Source: Lepidodermella squamata (taxonomy: Eukaryota; Animalia; Gastrotricha). From it: DNA of 64,000 bases. A program made the translations under genes and the position numbers. Where the stretch lies: contig JBLDXI010000015.1 in the NCBI GenBank assembly GCA_047495785.1, positions 2,852,001-2,916,000 on the forward strand, read 5' to 3'. The notes below the pieces were generated by a model. That model ran no database searches. It was not told the origin of the DNA and saw only the letters and a list, made by a program, of their open reading frames with translations. This document shows positions 13,191-26,179 of the stretch, piece after piece (the first letter of the stretch is position 1; the number at the start of each line of letters is the position of its first letter).

Positions 13191-14690
13191 TCAGTCTGAT
13201 CTTTCGTCATGGTACTCTTTTCTCAGCTCTTCGCCATAAATGTGTTTCCTAGGCTTCTCATAATCTGAGCCAGTTTCCGGCACTTGCTCCCTGGATTCCC
13301 CAACGCTCCACCACGCTACGCCCCAGTGAAGCTTACTGCTCTTCTCATGCAGAAGCCGGAAGAATCGTCCACGCCAGCTGCTGTTCTCGCCATAGTGCAA
13401 CGTTGCCTCTTCAGTCAACACCACCAGCACATTCGGCATAGGAACCGACTCGAAATTAGCACCTTTGTAGACAACGCAAGCCGTATCGAATAGCGTGACC
13501 TTTTTCTCATAGCTTGGGTCTTCGAGAATGCGAATTGGCACATGAATCAGCGCCCAATCAACAACAGCTCCCTTGTCGTTACTGCCCTTTAAAAGAGCAC
13601 ACCAAATCGCTCGTTTGAATTCAAGCTGCCGGTGTCGAAATCGGGCTACAGTGCTACCTACAGCAAACAGATCCCCCGCCGTGTTGCTCATATCATCCAT
13701 TAGCTTCGCATTAGGTTGCTTGAGGGATTGAACGTAACTTTCGACACGGTTCTTGTTAGAAAGCAGCAAAGGATGAGGCTTGCTGAACGGCCATTCAAAA
13801 TTGACTTCAACAGCGTTTTCGCCAAACTTCCTATAAGCTAGGACATGAAGAGGTTCGTTCAAGTTTCGCAGAATAATCTTGTTATTGATATGTTCGAACT
13901 GCTGTACTCCTTGCAGATCCTGGTGGTACCAAAGGGGTAAGTTATGGCCCCTGCACAAGCCATCTACATCGCTGAGTAGGAAGCTATACGACCTTGACAA
14001 AAGCTTCCCGTAAACATCGGCCCGAAATTCTGGTATGTAGATGAGGTATCTTGACTTATACCCAGGTTCTACAATAGTGGCCAATGATTCGAACCAAGAT
14101 TTCCGCCACAGAGCGCTGTCTCTTGAACCCGGCTCAGGAAAGTTGGTCGGGTCGATTTTCCGCCTGGGATTGATAAATTGGCACAGCGCGGTTTTGATCA
14201 CCTCGCCAAAGTAGCTCGTCATCTGGCGGTAAAAAGTTATGGCTTGCTCGTAGGTTCCAAAGGTGAGGCGAAGTTCGTTTCTCGCGAATTCGATATTTCG
14301 CCCATTGAAATCAATTGGGCCGTTATCTTCTAGGTCGATCGATCGCTCACGTCCTGGATCATTGTTTTGAGGGTCGTAGAGCCATTGCCTTAGATTCGAA
14401 GTCCCTTTCGGTGGTGCTCGGATATGCCGGATGATAATCCTCCGTGAATACCGATCCGACATTTTCGCAATTTCGTAAAATACCATGATTGCTGAAGCGT
14501 ATCTTTTCTCAGCTGAATGCCTTTCATTTCCGAACTCGAAACTTTCGAGTTGGCCAACGGCTACCACCTGTTTTCGGGGAAAATGTAGGAAAATTCAAAC
14601 TAAATGTGGATAAATTACTCGAGGAGTTGATTGTTTGGACACTCCACGCCGTTGAACCAATTTCGCAATTTCCAAGTTATCCTGACTCAT
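13191..14690 (-). CDS. uncharacterised protein, orphan family B paralog 2
   Basis: Exons 14690-14619 and 14567-13191; intron at an equivalent position and same motifs as paralog 1. Confidence 0.8.
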
Positions 14691-14783
14691 GTTTGTAGGT
14701 TTTTGAAGATTTTTTCAATTTGAGAGAAAAAAATGAAAACTCTTTTAAGGTGGAATTTTAATTATTTCATCTTTCAGCTTTCA

Positions 14784-15515
14784 TCATTGAATAATCAGTT
14801 TTTTGATAATTAAATAAACAATTAAGACGACAGTTATCAGTTGCCAAATGATTGCGTTGAAAGGTTTCGGCAGGTTAACGAGATGAAACGGCCGTTGATA
14901 GCCGGACTCGGGCGAGCTGTTGCATAGATCAGTGAGGCAGACGGATGATTTCACGGTCTGCCGATAACCCGTGCACTTTTTACGCGTATTTATCGTCGTC
15001 GAATAAATTGTGCAGTTATTTTCTGGCAGGTAGTATCGTTCGATTTGCGAGTAGTAATACGTTCCATTCATGCCGAATTGAATACACGACGCTTCGTTAA
15101 ACAAGCAATCTCTAGAAAAATTGTTGAAAAAATATCCAAGTTTTAACGGAATTTTTACGAACTTTGTCATGACAGTATAGGAATAAGTGCTAGCGGGCCA
15201 AGATGTCGAGTTCATTCCGGTGTAATTGTACGTGTAAAAATCGTAATGAGTCGTAGCGCAACAAAAGCAAGAACTTGCTGTATCGTTGTCGCCGGTCGAT
15301 GTTGTTATCTCAAAGGCGAAATCGTAGTCCTCATTATTAACCTGGCTGTCGAATGTCCCGGTCAGGCATTGAATCAACGACTGGCTTAACTCTATTTATA
15401 TGAATATAAATACACATGTTTTCGATTGGAAGATGGCTATAAACAAACCAGGTAAGATGGCGAGAATGAAACACCCGAGTAAGAGCCCTGATATGGCGGC
15501 GATGCTTCGAGTCAT
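14784..15515 (-). CDS. Ly6/uPAR (three-finger/quiver)-like membrane- or GPI-anchored protein, paralog 1
   Basis: Exons 15515-15449 and 15391-14784. Signal peptide MTRSIAAISGLLLGCFILAILP, then LIQC, CCA, C-terminal CLTDLCN and a hydrophobic tail. Confidence 0.7.
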
Positions 15516-16140
15516 TTGAAAGAATGAGATGCGCTCGTATTGCCAGGCTCAATGCGCGTCTGATGGGTCCTTTTTCCATTCTTGTGAGACGCCACTGCAG
15601 ATTGTTGTGCATTTAGCCGCAAAACAAAGCGAATGTCATCAATGTAAAAACAATAGAGCACATTAGCCGTACAAGTAAATAATCAGATATAACGCAAAAT
15701 ACAACATCACCAAGTCTTGATTCTTGTAAATAAATTTTCGAGGGTAAAATAAAAAATCATGACAAATCTAAACAATTTCTACCGGGTAACTTTTCGATTC
15801 GGGATGAATTAAAAAAATATGCCTCGTACCTATTTTCGAGGATTTTTCAATGAGAGTAATTTTTGCGGCTATGAATAATTAAAAAAAATAGGCCATACTA
15901 ACAAAAATTTAAAGATGTCTCCCTGCAAATATTTTTCAAAAGTATTAAAATTTTTTGTGATTCCGGCATTTTTCTAGACCAAAAGGGATTACGATCAAAA
16001 ATTCAAATGATCAAAGGTACCCTCATAACACTCGGATTTTTCAATTTAGCTACCAGCTAGTTATATTATATGGTGTTAAAGCCTCAAATTTGGCCTCGGA
16101 GCTCATCTAAGAAGGATTATTACTGGTAATGTTTCGTTCA

Positions 16141-16211
16141 GCGCCGCTAGTGTAACGGTATCATACAAGATTCCCATTCTTGTGACCCGGGTTCGACTCC
16201 CGGGCGGCGCA
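16141..16211 (+). tRNA. trnG: tRNA-Gly(CCC)
   Basis: GCGCCGC/GCGGCGC acceptor stem, TTCCCAT anticodon loop, GGTTCGACTCC B box, T-run terminator. Confidence 0.95.
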
Positions 16212-16285
16212 GTCAATTTTTTATCAATTTATTAAATATACAAAATCCATCTCAAATAACTGATTTAAAGAATGACTCATGCGCA

Positions 16286-16357
16286 GCCCTTGTGGCCTAA
16301 TGGCAAGGCGTTGGACTTCTAATTCAAAGATTGTGGGTTCGAGTCCCACCAGGGGCG
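16286..16357 (+). tRNA. trnR: tRNA-Arg(TCT), intronless
   Basis: GCCCTTG/CAGGGGC acceptor stem, CTTCTAA anticodon loop, GGTTCGAGTCC. Confidence 0.95.
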
Positions 16358-17550
16358 CTACATTTTTGCATGGAAATTCCTTCACATGCCGTTCGATCGA
16401 ACCGTTTTCTTGCCACAGCTTCATCGAAAAATGTGGAATGCCGTATTTTGGGAGGACCTAGAGGTGAAGCTTCAATTTTAGTGCTGGAACCCTAAACCTA
16501 AACTTGGTGAGTTCACTTGGCACTTGGCACTTGCAATCCAAATATATCGAAAGGCTGAATTTGAAGCTGGAATTTTATTTATAAGGAATACACGTGGATT
16601 TCTATAAGCATGTTGAGTATAATCCGGAAATCATATGGAAATTTTTCGCTTCGAGGAAGTAGTTACATAATTTAATCGCTTCAATTTTCCACGCCCTTGA
16701 GAATTCAGGAAAATTACAGGTATCATCATCACATTTTTTACATTTTAGGAAATTTTTCTGAACAATAAGAAGCTTTAAAAATTTGATCTTGAATTTTTTA
16801 TGTTAAATTTTACTATTTTTCTCATGTTCAATTGAAGAGTATTACTCAGTCAAACGATAATGATTGCTTCTTAAAATCCTCATTTTATTCAGTGGCGATA
16901 ATATACGACGCGCACAAGCATTGATGATTTTTTTTGTATATTGCCGGCTCACTCGGGCTCGCGCACTTGGAGGTACTAATAGGCGCGTCTCTTAGGGCGC
17001 ATATGTTGCGCGCGCACGTGTTGATTTATCATTATACTTACTCGCGCCGCGCATATATCACTGGCACTATTATATAGTAGTAATAAGTTCGATATGATGT
17101 GCTGTCGTCAGAAAAAAACTTATCAGCACGATCATCGCTGTTATTTATCAATATTTAAACCTATAAAACCACACTATACACACACACGCTTGGTGAAAAC
17201 GATAAAATTGGCGCGGAAAAAACGCCAAGCAGGGTGCCTACATCATCGCCGATAAGACGAGTGGATATATAGCAAAGATAAGTAGCTTATATACCACCTC
17301 AATATAATCCATAATAATCGATGAATAATCTTGGGTTGGTGTTAGGGATATTTTCTACCTTTAATGCGTCATTTTATCATTGCCGACTCGAGTTTCCGGA
17401 GACCGGCGAATTTTTCCCCGTTTTTTTTTTATCGAGCGCTTTTTGAAACCTAAAAAGCTTCGCAACTTCCGCGACAACACATCCGGTTGTCTCGAGTTGA
17501 AGCTCAGAATTTCAATTTTTTACGATTTCTCGAATTCTAGAGCTGTGGTC

Positions 17551-18771
17551 ATGCGTGTTATATTTTTGCGCGTATTTTTCGCGATTTTAACAAGTTGCTA
17601 CAAATTGGCAAGTGGTCAAGGTGCGATGGAGTGTTTTGTGACGGTAGAAGAGTCGGACGACGGCGGCAAGTCGGTGACTGTTGGCGACATAGGAAATTCG
17701 CATGGATCGGGGACTACGACGCCGTTCGTGAAGCAAAAAACAACGTCGATTGAGCGGCAAATGTGCGACTGTTGCGGCTGGACAACAACTGAAACTTACA
17801 TGTTCCGTTACGATGCCACTGGTAAAAATCGGACTGGCGAAGTTCTTACACACAGCGTACGAGAAATGTTAGTTTGACTACTTGTTTTATGATGAAAAGA
17901 TTTCTCATTGTCAGAGATAGTCCACAAGTATCGGTTATTTCAGTTCAGTTTTTTTAGAAAATGTGTAATTTTTGGTCATCGCCATGAAAAAAAAATTATA
18001 TTATTTATCGACCCTTTTTAAGTCATCAATGAGGGAACTTTTATTCCTGGTATTTCTATTTTTTAGATGGTCTAAAATTTTTCTTTAATTATTTCCCAAG
18101 TTCTGACACTGCAATAAATTTTCCTTATTTTTGCAATTTTTCATAAAATGGATTTTTTATTTTTTATTTAGCTCTCAGGCAGAAGCGCAAAATTCGCGCA
18201 AATAATCAGCGTGTTCCATATAAGAGGCGCAACCTTTTCCTATTTTTGCTCATTTTTGCATAAAAATGAAAAATTTATGGAAAATAAAACCTACCCCGTT
18301 TTTCATTTGCGATTTCATCGAAATTTGTTTTGAAAAAAACCGATAAAAACCCGGAAAAACCCGATTGTTAGGTAATGCTCGGTATTTTACCCGGTCCGAC
18401 CAGGTTTCTCCGTAATTTTTTTTATTTCCATTGGCAATTTTGATACCTGATTACTACCGGATATTCATTTATCTTATTGAAATCTTATTTATTTTTTTAC
18501 AAGGTATTGTAAAACTGGCAAGACAGCGTGTTCTCGCGGGCCGACAACGGTATTCGGCAAGGACTATCACTTTTTCCCGAAAGGCTGCAATAAGCTGTGC
18601 TTTTTCTGTACAAAACCGCGCTGCGAAGGCTACCGAGTTAAATCCTCCAATAAATGCTTCAAAGATCTGTGCAATTACACCCCGGCAGCAGAAAAAAGTT
18701 CGATGCCTAACCTGACTGGCGCGCTTATTTCAGCCGTGTTAACAATCAAAATGATGAGTCAGGTCACCTAA
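17551..18771 (+). CDS. Ly6/uPAR-like membrane- or GPI-anchored protein, paralog 2
   Basis: Exons 17551-17867 and 18504-18771. Signal peptide, MEC, CDCC, and CEGYRVKSSNKCFKDLCN matching paralog 1 CTGYRQTVKSSVCLTDLCN; hydrophobic tail. Confidence 0.7.
18340..18435. mobile_element. MITE family A internal fragment in an intron
   Basis: CCGGAAAAACCCGAT...CGGTATTTTACCCGGT core. Confidence 0.5.
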
Positions 18772-19187
18772 GAATATGAGGCGAGCAAACATTCCTCCTC
18801 TTGTGTACTGCAATTCCTCTTTCTGCTTTCAAAAATTCTTGCGCTCTAGTCTAATAAAATCGAATGATTTCATAATTTCGTTTTTTTATTTGTTTTTTGT
18901 TGTCAAGGGACTTTAATTGCTGCGTGATTCATTAGAAGCTGGTGGCTTCCAGGGCGGTTCCTTAGAATAAACATGTGCACCCATTAGTCCCAGGTTTCAT
19001 TATCAACGGCTTATTTAATTGGCGAGCGAGCGATACTTGGTTCCAACCCGGATTAGGTTTAATTAGGAGTACCAAATTATCAGCTCATGAGCACCTTGTC
19101 ATGCGCGCCAGGTGCGCGTGCGTGCGCAAACTCGTCGGAAAAATTCCAGTTTTTCATTACAGCACAATTTTTCAATGTCGATTTGCA

Positions 19188-20530
19188 ATGTCTCGAGGCA
19201 ACAAACGGCGTTTAGATGATGACTATCTTAGCGAAAATTGCGACTGTTATTCACCTGTCCAGTTAAAATTCAGCGACAAGGAGCAGGATGACAGCGGCGA
19301 TGATGATGACGAGCAAGGAGATTTCTGGCGGAAGATTACTCAGATCCGCCGAAGAATGGCCAGCCCGGGACGATGCTCACCCATCGCGCCTTCAACAAAT
19401 CAACACGGGAATACAATTTTTTATTCCGATTCTACTACGGCGAAGGCAATCCGGCCAACTTTGCTACTCCTCATAACATGTAAGTGATTTTGGGACATCT
19501 GGGGACTGTCGCGTGAACAAAACCAAAAATCTCCAAAATATAAACAAATAGTATATGAATTGTCTTTTATAATTTTCGACTCGTTAATGAGTCGCAGCAA
19601 TGAGTTTTTGCTTTATTTTCTCATCTAGTCGGGCGATGTCTCTCTTGCTGAGGCGAAAGAGATCACGTTTCCGGAAATACCGAACGTTAAATGGATCTAT
19701 ACCAAGCCGGCGATGTGACCGGTGGCCGCGATGTTTCAATCAGCATCCGCCAACTCGATGGCTTGGCCAAAAAGTTCACTTACCCCATTACATTTTGGGA
19801 GGAAGCGGCGCTTATTGCGTACTCAAAGACTGAAAGGATACAGGTAAAAACTATTTAAAATTACATTAAACTTTCATTTTCAAAAAAGTTAATTTTAAAT
19901 TAAATTAAATACTAAATTATATAATTTTCAGGTTATCAGTTCTCACTCGAGCTATCGAAGATGCGGACTTCGCTCTGTCGCTTACTCAGCATTTGATCGC
20001 GCGATTCAGTTGGCTAGCCGCCGATTTGGTTATCGGGCGCCTGAAGCCTCCCTCGTCGAGCGATATCGCAACAAGAAAAACAAGCCGCCGAGGTTCATAA
20101 CGGACAAACAACTCGAGCGATTTCGCGTAACGCCGCAATTCGGCTTCGAAATACCTGGCGTGTCCGCGATTTCTCCAATTGTTGCGCTGAACGAAGAAAT
20201 GGAAGCTTGGTACCACGCCTGTCACTTTTGCCGAGAAATTGTCGACATTTTGACTGTGGAAAAGTAGGCAGTTTTTAGATTACTAATTTTTCAAAATATG
20301 ACAAAGTAAAGCAATTTAAATTAAAATTTCCTATTTTTTTCAGTGCATCCGATGCTTTGGCGTTTGTGAAATCTAAATCTGTCTTCCCTCGTTTTATCGC
20401 GGAGGTGATGCGGCGATTTCAGGATGCGGTCGACACCGATGTTTTAAGCACCCTTCGCGCTGCAGTTCGCACCGAAATTCGCAAGTCGTCCAAAGATCGG
20501 CGCCCGAATTCTTCAAACTCGGATGAATGA
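19188..20530 (+). pseudogene. orphan family C (KRRL motif) paralog 1, frameshifted
   Basis: Homologous to 20894-22287 with the same 4-exon layout, but the homology switches frame several times (stop after KWIYTKPAM at ~19715; shift at ~20046) and exon phases do not join. Confidence 0.65.
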
Positions 20531-20893
20531 ACAAGTCTTGATTCAGGCCAAACTTTTTATTTGATCCCATTTCGTTTTTTCGCTTTTTTCACTGCTTTTC
20601 TGTATATTCCCATGTCATTTCTCTGTGTTGATTGAATAAAGTTTTGGGCTTGTTAACTTTTGGTTATTTTTCGGTGAAATCAAAGCGCGATTGCGTTCAA
20701 AGGATATTCCCGCCCACCGGTGGGCGCGTCACGCTAATTTAGCGCGCAATACCGTCCAGGTGCGCACAGTGCACAGTTCAAGGATGACCCAGTTACGCAG
20801 ACTGAGAGGCGAAAAAGAGCAGCATCAAATTTGACATTTCTTTGCCCGAATAGGTTTCCTTTAATACTGCAAATTTACCATCACGTCTTAGAG

Positions 20894-22287
20894 ATGTCTC
20901 CACGAGCAACTAAACGCCGATTGGAAGCTGATTATGGCTGCCCATGCTGTACTCGGCCATCGAGTTCTTGCGATGAATCATCGTCGCCGTCATTAATAGC
21001 TGAACGAATCGCTCAACCTGCTGAAAACGATGAGGAAGAAGCTCGCTGCTATCGAATGGCCTACGACAAGACAATAAAAAAGTTCCGGCTATTCTACGAC
21101 TACAACGACGGCCGACCGAAGAATGACGCGAATAATCAGGTTATCAGTCGTGAGATTGTTTTCCCGCCGAAAAATAGTGAATCGGTAAGTGATGACCCAG
21201 TCCTATCTCGTACCTATTTCATTCACATAAAAGTAACAGCGGAATTTCAAAAAAATTTAATTTATAAATTTGAGCTTTTATTAAGGAGGATTTTTCGAAA
21301 AAACAAATTTCAAAAAATGTTTCTTATTTTTTGCCTTAATCTCGCTGCAGGAAAAATGTCTCGGTTCCGCCGCTTTCACCGTTATTACCAACCCAGAAAT
21401 TCCTGATGTGAAGTGGGTTTATACCGAGGCGAAGCTCGAAGACGCAACCGCCTACGCCGACTGCACTTTGGCCGATGACCAGCTCGAATGGGTGGCGAAG
21501 AAGTACACGGATCCTGTGTCGTTCTGGGAAGCCGCTATATTTTACGCTCACCCGAAATTAGCGAGAGACGGTGATGGCGGGTATAAATTGACAATTTTTT
21601 TGGAAAAATCGATCGCATTATATTTTCTGGATTTCCAAGCTAATTTAAAAATTAATTTTAAATAATATTTTTTACTTTATTCAACTTTTAGTGAAGTTAT
21701 CACTCGGGCCATCGACGACGACCGCGAGCTGGGTTTCATCTTGGCTCTTACGCGCCACGTGGTCGTTCGCTTCGGCTGGCGAGTTGATTTTCTAGTTCTC
21801 GAGCGCCTTAAAACGGGTCTTCTCGTCACTTACCGGCGCAAGAAAGAAAAACCAGTTCGAGCCATCAGCGATGAGCAGATCGAAAAATTCGCAATCACGC
21901 CTAAATTCGGCATGGAAATACCGGGCGTTGTTGAAATATCGCCGACCGCTGTCGACAACGAGGAGGCAATGGCTTGCGACAAATTGCATCTTTTCTCTAA
22001 ATCGATCATCAATTTGCTGACAAAGAACAAGTTAGTTTATTTTAATTTTTCTTGAAAATGTTTGGAAAATTAATGAAAAATCATCCTAATTTCTTTTCAA
22101 TATTTTCAGTGCATCTGATGCGATCGCATTTGTCAAGTCGAAAACAGCTTTCGCCAAGTTCATCGAAGAAGTTATGCGGCGATTTCAGAACGCCGTTACA
22201 AGTGACGTCCTGAGCAGCCTTCGCATCATGGTTCGAGCCCGTCTTGCCCGAAAAGGTCCCAAAAAGTCGGAATTCTCTCGTCTTTAA
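20894..22287 (+). CDS. orphan family C (KRRL motif) paralog 2
   Basis: Exons 20894-21184, 21351-21580, 21692-22030, 22110-22287 join in frame. Confidence 0.8.
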
Positions 22288-22457
22288 CAATCTTAGCCAC
22301 TATTGTTTTCGTTCTGCGGTGTTCATGTTTTATATCCGATTTCTAAGGTAAAAGAACAATAAAAATTCGAAGCAATAAATCTGCCCAGGTCAATGAAACA
22401 TTTATTCACGGTGTCTCAGAATATCAAAATTAAAATAAAAAGAGATTCTAGTCAATT

Positions 22458-24078
22458 TTATCTTGGTTCCAATTTCACAATAACGCCCTCAGATGGTCCG
22501 TAAACCAGGCCAGATTTGACAGGCAACCCGTTAGGGTAACCCCCATCTCTTTCGACAATTCGAAACCGGCGAACAACATTCATTAGGGCCAATTTCATTT
22601 CCAGAAGGGCCAACCGCATTCCGACGCAAATTCTTGGCCCGTAGCCAAAAGGCAGATAGGCAGCCTCAGGCCTCGGATGTTGCTCAAGGTATTCTGGGCT
22701 AAACCTTTCCGGGTAGAATTCGTACGGATCAACCGGGCCCCATAATTCAGGGTTGTAGTGAATCGAATGCATGTCGATCTTCACGAACCCTGTATTGCGA
22801 GGTATCGTAACACCGCAAACCTGGCAATCATCGACAACCATGCGGGTTAAATTATTTACAGCAATAGGGTACATTCGTAGAGATTCACTGCAAACCCAGT
22901 CCAGGTAGGGCAGATTCATAAATTCGTCGTAACCAGCATTTTGACGCGGAATTTTCTCGATAATTTCTTGATATAATTTTTCCTGAATTTTCGGATTCGT
23001 AGCCAGAAGGTAGGAAACGTGTCCTAAAGCTGTCGCAGTGGTTTCAGTCCCAGCAGCGAAGAAAACCAAGCTTTGCGCCGTAACTTCAGTTGCGGTTAAA
23101 GGTTCCGGATTGATGTTTGAAGGGTTCAAAGTTGAAGCATCGATCAAAGATTGCAAAACATCTTGGCGGTAATGTTCCGGATTTTTCAGACGCTGCTGAA
23201 CAACATCTTCGCAAATTTTAAGGAGATCGGGCAGGTTACTTCGGAACAGTTTTCCACCACTGACCACATCGATGAACGATTTTAGTAAACGAATCGCGAT
23301 CTTATCAATGTCGTAGAAAATAGTGAGAAATTTCTCCATTCTCGTAGGATCCTGCCCCTGGTCGAGGATGAACCGAACATGCTCCAGAACTTTGTTGTCC
23401 TTGCCACCGTTTGTTAAACTACTGAGTTCAATCCCAAACGCTACCTCGGAAATTACATCCTAAATTAAATATATAATTATTTAATTTTTAGAATTTAGGA
23501 ATTTTTTTCACCATCGTCATTAATTGATAAATGTCGTGAATATTGAATTCTTCGCCTGATTTTGCCTTTTTATCAAGAATAGCCAGCAAAGTTTCGACTG
23601 ATCGATTCATCAACGGTAGATAGGCCTTGAGCTTTCCGGTAGAAAACATCGAATTAACGTTAGTCCTCAGGCGCTTCCAATGCTTTCCGTGGGCAAAAAA
23701 TACGTTCAGATTGAAAACAGCGCTGTCCATGTCCGTTTCTGGGTCAGGTTGAAGCGGTGACAGAAAATGACCCTGGAAACTTGAGTATTGTTTAACGCAG
23801 ACTTGTTCGACAGCCTCTGGACTGCTGAATATGAGGACTGGAGTTCCACCTTCGTAATAACCATAGACCGGGCCATATTTTCGAGACCAATCTCGAATTA
23901 CTAGATGCCGCTGCTTACTCGACCAAATTTGTTTCAAGCTGCCGTAGAGCCAATGCGGTTCAGGACCGGGAATACCCAGATTGCTAAGTTGCCGATGGGC
24001 AATGAACTTTCGATAGGCATAAAAAGCGATAAAGCCTGATGCAAACGATAGCGATAAAAAGCTAAGGATTTCAATCAT
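22458..24078 (-). CDS. cytochrome P450, CYP3 clan (~522 aa)
   Basis: Exons 24078-23512 and 23459-22458. N-terminal TM plus PGP, WKRLR, AGTETT, ESLR, PERF and heme motif FGYGPRICVG. Confidence 0.95.
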
Positions 24079-24801
24079 TTTTCAGGAAAATATTGTATGA
24101 ACTAAGATTTCGCATAAACTGCGACTTGAAATATAGCTATGGTTTGCTCTTGTCCGAAAAGACAGACTACAAATTTTCTTCGTGCGCGCCTGGGAATGCG
24201 CAAAAAATAGGTTTTTACGATTTGATCAACCTAAGTGGACATTTTTTGCTCGCATTGTGCCGCTGTGACCTCTCAGCTTGGAAATGATCATTTTTTGCCA
24301 CAACTACAACGAACATTACCTCAAGAACTTTCATATAACAAGCGCACTCAAAGTTACTGGTGCCTGGTGTAGGAGGCAAAATATCGCGAATAAAATCCCC
24401 ATATAAAATGAAGCTGGCGTGAGACACCGTTAGACAAATGAAGTGACCTAAATTTTTCCATTTTTATGGTTCCACGCGTGATGTAGTTTGTATGACGCGA
24501 ATTAAAGGAGACCATACGCCACGAGGAGGCAACTTCACCGTCTGACAGCTCGAACAACCTCCTGTTCAGAAATTAATAATTTTCGATACTGCCAAGATTG
24601 GGACTCATCGCGATCATGAGACGTACTAAAGGACGCCGCGGCTTCGAAGCTCCCACTAAATGACCCCCGGTTGCAATCCGCCGTGAATAATTATTCCGTG
24701 AATACGATTTAATTTGTTGTCGGTAATTTCGAAATAATACAATTTTTTTCATTTTTTAAATGTCAATAATTAAAAAATGCTGAGATTTGATTTACAGCAA
24801 C

Positions 24802-25470
24802 CATAGAGCTAGTTTTAAGATAGAGGTCCTAATCCTGACTAAGGCTGTAAACGCCATGGGCACCAGATGTTTGATGAATCAGCATCGAGTGGTTGGAAAA
24901 GTAAACAAATCAGGTGATTTTTCGATTCCTGATATCTCATTCACCTGATATCTCATTGAGGAAAGGTTTGGTGGTACCTGATAGCGCTTGAAATGGTGAA
25001 CACCACTATTATTTTCATAGCAATCTAAAGCAGTGAATTTTGTGGAAAACCATTCATTAAAAAATTCCAGAAAATCGGAAATTATTCGTCCAAGCTCGCT
25101 CTAAGCATCGAAATGTAGACCTTGATAAGAATTACCTCGTTCATTGAAAATACGACGTTTCAATTTCGCTGCCTTATTGGCAGTTGTCATGTTTTATTAA
25201 TTGATCAATTTCATTTTTATGCGATTTTCCCCATTTCAAAAATCATTAAAATTTCGGAAAAATAATCAACGTGTTCGTCGTTTCAAGGGCTATCTCGAAC
25301 CGCCGGAAATGATTGATTGTGATGAATCGTTCAAAAATAATGAGCGATCGAAAATCGCCTGATTTGTTTACCTTTCAAACCACTCGATGCTGATTCATCA
25401 AACATCTGGTGCCCATGGCGTTTACAGCCTTAGTCAGGAGTAGGACCTCTATCTTAAAACTAGCTCTATG
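24802..25470. mobile_element. non-autonomous DNA transposon (P/hAT-type MITE) with ~125-bp TIRs and 8-bp TSD
   Basis: Termini CATAGAG...CTCTATG; ACAGCAAC duplicated at 24794-24801 and 25471-25478. Confidence 0.9.
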
Positions 25471-26179
25471 ACAGCAACAGATCGGCGAGATGCTGTGTAA
25501 AGATCTCGTGTTGATTGGTGTTGATGCTGTCTTGATCTTATAAGCAAAAAAGGCTTGAGATGATTCATTGGTCGCGTTGGACTTCATAATACGTCTCGTT
25601 CATAATACGTCTCATGATCGCGATTCCTCGCTGTAATTTCCGCGCGTCAATTCCAAGTTCCAGGGTTGGCGCACTTTGCTGTTTTTATTTCACAAGTGTC
25701 ACATAATAAAAAAAACAAGCAATTTCCAATAGGTATGCCGCTGTTTTACACTAATTTTGTGAAAAAATTTTTATTCTTTGAATTCTTGCGATGGATGATA
25801 TACATTGCGATGGAAGTATTTCTTCAAGTACTTGGTTATTTTCTCAAATTCAAGTTGTAGCCTCGTTTTCGTTTAACTCGCTAGCTAACGTGAAAATTAA
25901 CTAGACTGTAAATGATTACTGATCGATTACTGATTAACAGCAGCTCAACGATAAGTTGCGGCCACTTTGTTGACACGCCTCGCAACTTTTGGCCCGCGCC
26001 CCGCACCGCGCTGTCACGCAATAGTCGAGTGCGTCCAGGTGCGACTAGGTGCGCGGGTGCCAGCAACTCCTCACACCGCGCGGCCCGGTTCAAACGATTC
26101 AGAGACCCCATGTTCCGCTGTTTCATTACCGCGCTGTAGTCTTAGCTGACTGTTTTCACTCAGTTCTATTACAAATTTC

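Noticed and set aside
16272-16280. ATGACTCAT AP-1/GCN4-type site just upstream of tRNA-Arg (also 43928-43936)
   Set aside because: Shared only through duplication, absent from the third Arg copy, and Pol III promoters are internal.
16224-16461. Short ORFs over tRNA or U2 genes (also 33447-33671, 34788-34997, 35511-35726, 40159-40383, 42599-42784, 43940-44131)
   Set aside because: They are translations of RNA genes and their flanks, not proteins.
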